A stretch of DNA of 64,000 bases from Candidatus Eiseniibacteriota bacterium (GTDB taxonomy: Bacteria; Eisenbacteria; RBG-16-71-46; CAIMUX01; VGJL01). Position 1 is the stretch's first letter; every line of letters begins with the position of its first letter. Where the stretch lies: positions 672,001 to 736,000 of the forward strand of contig CAWBWI010000003.1 in assembly GCA_963792585.1 (NCBI GenBank), read 5' to 3'. Both the position numbers and the translations under genes were made by a program. Shown piece after piece: positions 30,107 to 38,010 of the stretch. A model generated the notes under the pieces. That model saw nothing but the letters and a program-made list of their open reading frames with translations. It was not told the DNA's origin and made no database searches.

Positions 30107-30526
30107 ATGAGTCCGTTACGGAAGAAACCAAGCGTAGCGATTGACACTGTTCCATTGCCGGAACATACGGCGAGGGGAACGCTTGCCAAGGTTCGAAACA
30201 CGTATGTACTCAAGGTCAAGCGCCGCGTCATCAAGTTTGCGGCGAGCTCGATCCTGCCGGCACAGGAGCTGGACAGACTCGCGGGGAAAGAGGTTCTTGT
30301 CGCCTTCTCCGCGTCGCAGCCGAGCAACGTCGTCGCAATCACGAAATGGCCCCGACCGGCACACGTGAAGTGCTATTGGATCCTATGCTACGTGCCGGTT
30401 CCGGAACTCATGCGCAGGATTCAGGATCAGGTGAGGACCGATCTTCTGAATCAGATGGTGAAGGCGGGGGTGATTGCACCCGAGCTTGGGAAAGAGATCA
30501 AGATTGGGCTCCAAAGTCGCATGTAG
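30107..30526 (+). CDS. Hypothetical protein overlapping the radical SAM gene (contains CYWILCY)
   Basis: SD GGAGG, 139 aa, basic, overlaps the start of the rSAM gene. Confidence 0.75.
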   Translation: MSPLRKKPSVAIDTVPLPEHTARGTLAKVRNTYVLKVKRRVIKFAASSILPAQELDRLAGKEVLVAFSASQPSNVVAITKWPRPAHVKCYWILCYVPVPELMRRIQDQVRTDLLNQMVKAGVIAPELGKEIKIGLQSRM

Positions 30527-31607
30527 ACTCAAACGAGTCGTCTTCGAAGTGACCGAGCGCTGCAACAACGCTTGTGTCCACTGCTACAATTCCTGGAGGG
30601 AGGGAGCGTCTCGCGGAGGGTCCGGCGCCTGCCTATCGAGAACCCGATTCCGCGACCTGCTCTCAGGGATCCTGCGCGACGCCCCTCTCTCGCAGATCGC
30701 GTTCTCCGGAGGAGAGCCCCTGCTCTGTCCGGAGCTTCCCGAAATGGTGTGCGACGCGACCGATGCCGGACTCAGTAGCGTCGTGATCACGAACGCAGCA
30801 CTCCTGGACACTTCCATCGCGAAACGGTTTCCGGAAGGCACGATTTTCGAATTCACGCTCTTCAGCTCCCGTGCCAGCGTACACGATGCGATGGCCGGCC
30901 GGCGGGTGTTCGAGCGTGTTCTCGAGGCGGCGGCCCGCCTGCTTCGAAATGGTCATCGGCTCGCCGTCGTCTGCGTCGTGACACGGAGGAACCTCCGGGA
31001 TGTCGGCGGCGCGATCGATCTGGCAATCGCGATCGGGGCCGACGCGGTGCTCCTGAACCGGGTGAACCTGACCAAGCGGACGCTGGCGGCAGCCGAGGAC
31101 TTGGTGCCCGCGGCCTCCGAACTTCGGGAGGCATTCGACGCCGCGGAGGATCGTGCGAAGCGGTACGGCGTCGCGGTGTCTGTTTCGGTCCCCATGCCCC
31201 CCTGCGTGCTCGATCCGGGGCTGTACGAACACTTGCAGTTCGGCTTCTGCCCTCGCGGCGGTCCCGAGTCCTACTACACGATATCGTGGGATGGCCACCT
31301 CCGGCCGTGCAACCACTCGTCTCGAATCTTGGGCGATCTCGCTCACGAGGGGTTTGGGGAGCTTGTCCAGGGCTCTCGAGCGAAGGAGTTTTGGTGGATT
31401 GCCGTTCCACATGAATGTCGGGGGTGCGTTCACCCCCTCAAGCAGATGTGCCTGGGCGGTTGTCCGGCCGCGGCCATGGAGTGTACGGGTAGATCAGGGC
31501 AATTGGATCCCTTTGTAGGCCTCGCGATGCGGCATCGGAAATCGCGATTGCCCCTTGGCCACGGCTCCCACGAGAGATTCGAAGGCCGGCTTGAAGGCCC
31601 ATTCTAG
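30504..31607 (+). CDS. Radical SAM / SPASM domain enzyme (PqqE-like)
   Basis: CNNACVHC, FSGGEPLL, ITN, SPASM cysteines FCPRG...GHLRPCN...CRGC...CLGGC. TTG start inferred. Confidence 0.92.
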   Translation: MGSKVACRLKRVVFEVTERCNNACVHCYNSWREGASRGGSGACLSRTRFRDLLSGILRDAPLSQIAFSGGEPLLCPELPEMVCDATDAGLSSVVITNAALLDTSIAKRFPEGTIFEFTLFSSRASVHDAMAGRRVFERVLEAAARLLRNGHRLAVVCVVTRRNLRDVGGAIDLAIAIGADAVLLNRVNLTKRTLAAAEDLVPAASELREAFDAAEDRAKRYGVAVSVSVPMPPCVLDPGLYEHLQFGFCPRGGPESYYTISWDGHLRPCNHSSRILGDLAHEGFGELVQGSRAKEFWWIAVPHECRGCVHPLKQMCLGGCPAAAMECTGRSGQLDPFVGLAMRHRKSRLPLGHGSHERFEGRLEGPF

Positions 31608-32225
31608 CCCTGCCATCGATGGTACTCCATGGCCTACGGACTAGGGGGGGCCGATCACCGCGATCACCCCTCGAGACGGTCGCGACTGCACAATAATGAT
31701 CGTTGTCGCACCAAAATGGTGCGTGTACGTCATCCTCCATCAACCCACGGCTCTTGGTAACTTGTTCGCCCTGGGATTGACACGAGTCCAGGAGGGCGAT
31801 ATCGTAGCGCGCACTGAATGAGATACGTCGCCCTGGTGCGGGGCTCACCGGGGATGCGACGCGCAGATGGATGTGCTCTTCTGAATGTAAGGACCCCCAA
31901 TGCGCGGTGTGATCGCAACCGGTGACGGCGAGGCCTGGACTGCCCGTAAGCACGCTATGACTGAGCATCCGGTAGCTCGGCCCGGATTGTCCCAAACCAC
32001 CCAGCGAGCTCATCTCCTGCCTCTGCCTCGATGCTACTGGGTCCATCCCGCCCCTCTTCATATTTCATGGTTCGCGTCGGAGGCGTTCACGACAGCCCTG
32101 CACCATATCGGATCGGGTAGGTTCCTAATGCGACGAGCGGTGGAAATGGGATCCACCCTCCCCATAGACGACGGTCAGGATTCTCTTTCGGGAGCGTTGA
32201 CCCACATACCCCCATGGAGGAAGTC

Positions 32226-33032
32226 ATGGCAACCGAACTTGAACAAGTACTGAAGAAGGCCAAGTACACGGCCCTGCCGCTGCCCCGCGCAAAGGCGGGC
32301 CCGACGACGATCTACGCCTTTCACGACGGACAGCTCTACATCGTGAGAAACGCTCAGACCTGCCTACCTCTACCCGTTACACCGGATCCGTCGGTGGATG
32401 TTGTGCAGTTCAGCCGGGAATACAAGTTCACACTTGGTGGAGTTGTGGGGTTCCTGGCTAAGCTCTTTGGCACGGGAAATGCCAAGGGCGAGCTTGAAGT
32501 CCACGCAATCAAGTCGGCAGCAATTCAGCTGGGCGGACTCTCCCATGAGACGATCGAGACCGGGGCCCTGCTGGACTATCTGCTCGCACAGAAACCATCA
32601 CCGTGTCTGCGGGATCTGCTCCGCCCCGAGAACTTGACGATCGTCGCCGCGCTGCAAGCCAAGACCTTCACGTTCACCTTCAAGACGGCGAAGGGGACGA
32701 CCGTGAAGTTCTCCGCTGAGGAGGCGAAAGGCCTGTTCCGAGGCGATGCGAGCGTCGCCATCGAAGTTTCGGAGTCGGGCCAAATCGTTGTGAACGCCCC
32801 CTGCTATGTCGGGGTCATCAGCTGGGATGGGAAGACGATGAAGAGGGAACTCGAGAGGGCCCGACGGGCGGTCACGCACCAGGCGGTCCTACCCTACCGT
32901 CCCAGCAGCCTTGTCGGACCCGCACTAACCTCGGACGAGATTCACGTGCGGAGATTGAAGGGGCTCGAACCTCTGCCTCTCCGAAGACCGCGCGCCTCAG
33001 AGGCGGGGCGGAAAACCAGAGGCAAGAAGTGA
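32226..33032 (+). CDS. Bacterial gasdermin-like pore-forming protein
   Basis: Order and spacing of motifs match bacterial gasdermins as I recall them: L..YTALPLPRAKAGP..I, GVVGFLAKLFG, AIKSAAIQLGGLSHETIETGALLDYL, IVAALQAKTFTFTFK..G. 268 aa, adjacent to a protease gene. Confidence 0.78.
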   Translation: MATELEQVLKKAKYTALPLPRAKAGPTTIYAFHDGQLYIVRNAQTCLPLPVTPDPSVDVVQFSREYKFTLGGVVGFLAKLFGTGNAKGELEVHAIKSAAIQLGGLSHETIETGALLDYLLAQKPSPCLRDLLRPENLTIVAALQAKTFTFTFKTAKGTTVKFSAEEAKGLFRGDASVAIEVSESGQIVVNAPCYVGVISWDGKTMKRELERARRAVTHQAVLPYRPSSLVGPALTSDEIHVRRLKGLEPLPLRRPRASEAGRKTRGKK

Positions 33033-33049
33033 CGCCAGAAGGGGGAAAC

Positions 33050-34741
33050 ATGGACCAGAGGAGACCATCGTTGCGCTCGCCTACGCGGAAACTCACCGTT
33101 CTCGCGCAGGACCCGGCGGTGGTCGTTGATGGCAGTGTCCCTGTCGCCGACATTGAGATTCCGGAGGAGCCGCTCTCGCCCGGCCCGCGCGGGTACCGCG
33201 TCTACGTCATCGATTACGACGCGAGCCACGACACCCTCTACGCGCCGGCGCGGATTCCGGTCCTCGGGCGTCCCATCGACGAACTTCTCAGGGACCCGGC
33301 GTTCCACGCCCAGCACGTCTACGGAGTGGTTACGCGCACGCTCGCCTGCTTCGAAGAAGCGTTGGGCCGGAAGGTAGCCTGGAGCTTCGACGGGCATCAG
33401 CTCATGGTTGCCCCGCACGCCTTTGAAGACCCGAATGCCTTCTACTCGAAGCGAGATCGCGCCCTGTACTTCGGCTACTTTACGGGACCAAAGAAGGAGC
33501 GGGTCTTCACGTGCCTCAGCTACGATGTCGTGGCGCACGAGACGACGCACGCAATCCTCGATGGATTGCGAGGACGCTACACCTTTCCATCATCTCCCGA
33601 CCAAGCGGCCTTCCATGAGGGATTCGCGGATGCCGTGGCCCTTCTCTCGGTATTCTCGCTTCCGGATGTTGTTGAGCGCTTCCTGATCGCCAAGGGACGG
33701 AATACGTCGTGGGTACACCTAGAGGCGCTCTCTGTGGAGCGGTTGAAGGAGAGCGCACTATTTGGGCTCGGGGAGTCCCTGGATCCGGGAGGCAGGGCAC
33801 TTCGGCGATCGGTGAAGATACCGGAGGATCCAAAGCTCAAGGACCAATCGGAATTCCTGGAGCCGCATCGCCGGGGCGAACTGTTCGTCGCGTCGCTCCT
33901 GGGGACCTTCCTGCGCATCTGGCGGCGACGGATCGAAGGTCTGAGCGCGGATCCAAACCCCCGTCTCTACGTGACGAAGGTCGCAGAAGAAGGTCAGGCG
34001 GCGGCTGAGCATCTCTTGAGAATGGTGATCCGGGCCGTCGACTACGCCCCCGCGACGGATCTCCTTTTCGGCGATTTTCTAAGTGCGCTGCTCACTTCGG
34101 ATCGCGAGATCCAACCCGATGATTCCCGTTACCATTACCGCGATGCACTGCGGGAGGGTTTCGCCGCGTACGGCTTCCTGCCGGCCTCGAAAGCCGGCGA
34201 CCCCAGTGACGGCCGCGGGTACTGGGAAGCGCCCAACGTCGATCTCGACTACGCCCACCTGCACTTCGAGGCGCTTCGGCAAGACCGGGACGAGGTGTTT
34301 CGGTTCCTGTGGCAGAACCGGACGGGACTGGGGCTTTCCGAGGAGGGCTACACGCGTGTGCATTCCTTACAACCATGTGCGCGACGCGCTTCCGACGGTG
34401 CGCCCTTGCGGGAAACGGTGGCCGAGTACCATCAGATTCTCGATCTGACAGCCGGCGAACTGGTCCGTTTCGGTCTGCAGGCTCCCAAGGGGATGCCAGA
34501 GCGTCAGTCCATCACCCTTTACGGGGGCGGGGCCCTGATCTTCAACGAGTTCGGCGCCCTTAAGTACCACGTCCGGAATCGGGTGCTCGGGGCTTCCCGG
34601 CAGAACAAACGTCTCCGGTATCTGTGGGAATCCGGGTACTTCCAAGCAGAGGCGAGTGACCAGCGGTTCGCCGACATGCATCGTCGCCGCTTCGGCGTCG
34701 GGCTGCTCGGCGGGGGGGTGTCTCATGCCGCCTTCTTCTAA
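33050..34741 (+). CDS. M4/thermolysin-like zinc metalloprotease, no signal peptide
   Basis: PNAFY...LYFG, DVVAHETTH (HExxH), HEGFAD third zinc ligand, EPH catalytic His. No hydrophobic leader. Confidence 0.9.
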   Translation: MDQRRPSLRSPTRKLTVLAQDPAVVVDGSVPVADIEIPEEPLSPGPRGYRVYVIDYDASHDTLYAPARIPVLGRPIDELLRDPAFHAQHVYGVVTRTLACFEEALGRKVAWSFDGHQLMVAPHAFEDPNAFYSKRDRALYFGYFTGPKKERVFTCLSYDVVAHETTHAILDGLRGRYTFPSSPDQAAFHEGFADAVALLSVFSLPDVVERFLIAKGRNTSWVHLEALSVERLKESALFGLGESLDPGGRALRRSVKIPEDPKLKDQSEFLEPHRRGELFVASLLGTFLRIWRRRIEGLSADPNPRLYVTKVAEEGQAAAEHLLRMVIRAVDYAPATDLLFGDFLSALLTSDREIQPDDSRYHYRDALREGFAAYGFLPASKAGDPSDGRGYWEAPNVDLDYAHLHFEALRQDRDEVFRFLWQNRTGLGLSEEGYTRVHSLQPCARRASDGAPLRETVAEYHQILDLTAGELVRFGLQAPKGMPERQSITLYGGGALIFNEFGALKYHVRNRVLGASRQNKRLRYLWESGYFQAEASDQRFADMHRRRFGVGLLGGGVSHAAFF

Positions 34742-36008
34742 ACCCAACACTGTATCGGTTCGTACGTACCAGGTCGGCTTCGGGGACTGCTTTCTTCTGG
34801 GGTTCCAGTACACCAGAGCGACCCGCTACGTACTCATCGACTTCGGCACGACCGGAACTCCGGATGGGCGGGACAAAGCGCGTTTGACAGCGATCGCGAA
34901 GGACATCCGACAGCGCACGGGGAGCAAGCTACATGCGGTCGTCGCGACACACCGCCATCGCGACCACATCGCAGGCTTCGACCCCTCGGGCAAGGACGCT
35001 CCAGGGGGCATCATCGCCTCGTGTCAACCTGATGTCGTGCTGCAGCCGTGGACGGAGGACCCCGAGGCACCGAAGAACGCCACCGGACCGACGCGGTTGC
35101 GAGTAGCGTGCTTCCGACAGGTCACCCAGTCCATGCAGGCCTTCTCGGAAGCGGTTGTCGCGGAATCGGGGCACCTGGCCGTGTCGGCAGGTCTGGCCGC
35201 GGAACTCGGCTTCCTCGGGCAAGAGAATCTCCCCAATGTCAAGGCGGTCAAGCAGCTTCAGGCAATGAGCACTAAGCCCGTCTACGCCTATGCAGGTTCG
35301 TCCTCGGGGCTAACGGGGGTCCTGCCGGGGGTGAAAGTCCACGTGCTCGGGCCTCCGACTTTGGCGCAAACCGATGCCGTCAAGAAGCAGCGAACGAAGG
35401 ACGCGGATGAGTTCTGGCAACTCCAAGCTGCGGCCTGGGGGCTTCAAGCAGCCGCCAGTGGTGCAGGGAGGAGTACGGAGTCGCTGTTTGACGCGGAACA
35501 CGTCTCTGCCCGTCGTCCGCCCGAAACTCGCTGGTTCCTCCGCCATGCCTCGCGGACGCGCGGGGAGGAACTCCTGGGGCTTGTGCGCACTCTGGACAAA
35601 GTCCTCAACAACACGAGCCTGATCCTCCTCTTCGAAGTCGGTGCCCTCCGACTCCTCTTCCCGGGCGATGCGCAGATCGAGAACTGGTCCTACGCCTTAG
35701 GCCAGGCGAAGGTCCGCCAGCTACTGAAGTCTGTGAACCTTTACAAGGTAGGCCATCATGGAAGCCGGAATGCGACGCCGAAGAGTCTCTGGGCACTATT
35801 CGACGCACGGTCGGCGACCGATTCGGCAGAGAGGCTCCGTACGCTCCTCTCAACGATGGCCGAAAAGCACGGATCCGTGGAGAGCCACACCGAGGTGCCA
35901 CGAGAGACCCTCGTGAAGGCTCTTCGGCAATCGAGTGAGTTCTTCTCCACGCAGTCACTACGAGGCAAGGGTCTGTGCCAAAGCCATGAGACCATACTTC
36001 CGGTCTAG
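34725..36008 (+). CDS. Metallo-beta-lactamase-fold hydrolase (ComEC/Rec2-like, putative nuclease)
   Basis: VGFGDCFLL, LIDFG, THRHRDH, NNTS, LFPGDA, KVGHHGS. Overlaps the protease gene by 17 nt. Confidence 0.9.
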   Translation: MPPSSKPNTVSVRTYQVGFGDCFLLGFQYTRATRYVLIDFGTTGTPDGRDKARLTAIAKDIRQRTGSKLHAVVATHRHRDHIAGFDPSGKDAPGGIIASCQPDVVLQPWTEDPEAPKNATGPTRLRVACFRQVTQSMQAFSEAVVAESGHLAVSAGLAAELGFLGQENLPNVKAVKQLQAMSTKPVYAYAGSSSGLTGVLPGVKVHVLGPPTLAQTDAVKKQRTKDADEFWQLQAAAWGLQAAASGAGRSTESLFDAEHVSARRPPETRWFLRHASRTRGEELLGLVRTLDKVLNNTSLILLFEVGALRLLFPGDAQIENWSYALGQAKVRQLLKSVNLYKVGHHGSRNATPKSLWALFDARSATDSAERLRTLLSTMAEKHGSVESHTEVPRETLVKALRQSSEFFSTQSLRGKGLCQSHETILPV

Positions 36009-36116
36009 GGTCGGACCGAGGTGGGAAAAGGGCTGGCTAGAACGGCGATTCGTGCCGCGGCGTTTGGAAGAGGGCGACTGCTCGAATCGGCGATGAACTG
36101 ATCGGGAGGGAAATCT

Positions 36117-36527
36117 ATGCCGCTATCCCGCGAAGACTGCCTATCGATTCTGCGTCACCTCCAGCTCACGCTGCGTGATGCTGATCCCGCTGCGTTCGAG
36201 GTCATAGCGGCCAGTCTCGAGCCGATGGAGGACCCACGTCGACTCCTGCTTGCGTATCTGGGGAGGACGCGTCAGGTGCTCGCGGAACGATCCGGAGGCA
36301 ATGAAGGCAGAATCCTGAACCTCGTGAATCACTATGTGCGGACGGAAGAGGGCGGTCCAATCACAGGCGTCCGCCTGGCGTTGACGGGGTTGGAACGAGA
36401 GCAATACGGCCGGGAGTTCGTGGACCTTGCGTCTCTGCCGGATCACCGAGAGTTCGTCGCGGGCCTGGAACGCCTCCAGGCTGACATCCAACGTGAGAGT
36501 CGGGGATCTGGGGAGATGGAACGATGA
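36117..36527 (+). CDS. Hypothetical helical protein
   Basis: SD GGAGG, 136 aa, ATGA overlap with the next gene. Confidence 0.7.
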   Translation: MPLSREDCLSILRHLQLTLRDADPAAFEVIAASLEPMEDPRRLLLAYLGRTRQVLAERSGGNEGRILNLVNHYVRTEEGGPITGVRLALTGLEREQYGREFVDLASLPDHREFVAGLERLQADIQRESRGSGEMER

Positions 36528-37201
36528 CTGCGGCAGAGGTCCGACGCAGGATCACGGACTTGTTCCAAACGTACCTTTCGACATCAAGATCCGTTGCGAG
36601 TTCCTTACTGCCGGCGTCGGTGACCGCCGGCAAGCTTTACGAAGCCTACGTTCTAGCCCTAGTCTCCCGGGAACTCGTCGCAAACGAGGGTGTCACTCTT
36701 AGACTTGTTCGCAGCAATGCGCTGACGCTCAAATCTGCTCCAGGCCCGATCAATCGTCAGTTTCCCTGCATTGAGATTCTCCGAGCGGGGTCGTGTATCG
36801 CAGAAATGTGGACCGATGTGGAGTTCGTTTCCTTGAGCTACAGCATAACGGCGGGCGGTTCGAGGCCAGCGGAGCGAGGAGAGTTTCATGAACTTGACAT
36901 CGCGGTTGTCGACCCCGGTCTGACCGGCCGACCTGCTCATAGCAGTGTTTGGCTGGCGGTGGAGTGCAAGAACACCGGGTACCACAAGGCGCTCCTGAAG
37001 GAGATTCTTGGTGTCCGTCGGGAGCTTAGCCTCCTGCAAGATCCTCAGGCGACGCACTTTCTCCGTTGGCCGCGGTCTACCGTGCCAGCCAACCCACCCT
37101 CGTGTCTCGTCGTGTACGCGAGCGACCCCAGGGTCATTGAGTATGCACGGCCGGGCGAGGTCTTCGGGATCGACTTCTACCATGAAGAATTGGCCCTGTG
37201 A
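36524..37201 (+). CDS. PD-(D/E)xK restriction-endonuclease-fold protein
   Basis: GKLYEAYV...ELDIAVVD...AVECKN motif order. Confidence 0.75.
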   Translation: MTAAEVRRRITDLFQTYLSTSRSVASSLLPASVTAGKLYEAYVLALVSRELVANEGVTLRLVRSNALTLKSAPGPINRQFPCIEILRAGSCIAEMWTDVEFVSLSYSITAGGSRPAERGEFHELDIAVVDPGLTGRPAHSSVWLAVECKNTGYHKALLKEILGVRRELSLLQDPQATHFLRWPRSTVPANPPSCLVVYASDPRVIEYARPGEVFGIDFYHEELAL

Positions 37202-37360
37202 CGGCGGGTCCATGAGGTGGGTTGGCTTGAATGGTATCGGGTGTGGGTCCTCGTGGTCACCACCGGTCTTTGCCCCATGAGAACCGGCCCGAGGCGGACC
37301 CGGGCCGGTCTCGCACAGGATGCTCGCGAACGCTGGATCCGCGAACGAGCCCGTTCGGGC

Positions 37361-37816
37361 TCAGTGGTAGAGGCAGAGAATGACGTTGTTCGTCTCGTCG
37401 TACCACCCATCCTGGCAGATGGACATGCTGGAAACGCCCAGGTCCCAATACCCCGGAATCCGGCCGCGACCCGGAATCCAGTAGTACGTGTGGTGGGTGT
37501 CGGGATTCATGTTGACCGGGGTGATGGTGACCCGCGCCTGATCCCCACTGGTGAGATCGTCGAACGTGAACTCGACGTATCCGGCGCTGTCCGTCGACCC
37601 GCTCGCCGAATCCACATTTCCGACGCCCGGACGGTAGATGACAACATCGACGGCAGCCCCTGAGAGCCAGTTCGTACTGGAGCAAGGGCGAACCTTGAGC
37701 TTGAGAAGCCCGGTTTCGCCCGCGGAGCAGGTCGAGAAAGTCGCGGTATTGAGGAGGAGAAGGGTGAGGAGGCCCGTCATGAGGAAACTGGCGAATCGGA
37801 ACGATCGTGACTGCAT
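37361..37816 (-). CDS. Small secreted beta-sandwich (carboxypeptidase-regulatory-like) protein
   Basis: SD GGAGG, signal peptide, LSGAAVDV...GSTDSAGYVEF motif. Confidence 0.7.
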   Translation of the reverse strand: MQSRSFRFASFLMTGLLTLLLLNTATFSTCSAGETGLLKLKVRPCSSTNWLSGAAVDVVIYRPGVGNVDSASGSTDSAGYVEFTFDDLTSGDQARVTITPVNMNPDTHHTYYWIPGRGRIPGYWDLGVSSMSICQDGWYDETNNVILCLYH

Positions 37817-38010
37817 GAAACCCTCCCAGGTTGGCCTGTCGCGCGGCGGTGCTGCGCGACGGCATGCGCTCAGTGAGCCGCTCCGGCCGGGCCGTTCGCT
37901 TCGTTCACAGAAACGGCGGAGGGCTCGGTTCTCGTATGTATCTGCCACCGCGCACCCGAAGGCCGGCGACGGCCGCGCTTCAGGGGCTCGGACTCGTATT
38001 CTCGCGATGA

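Noticed and set aside
31620..32200. Possible extra gene upstream of the gasdermin
   Set aside because: The listed ORFs have no recognisable motifs or good starts; treated as intergenic or decayed sequence.
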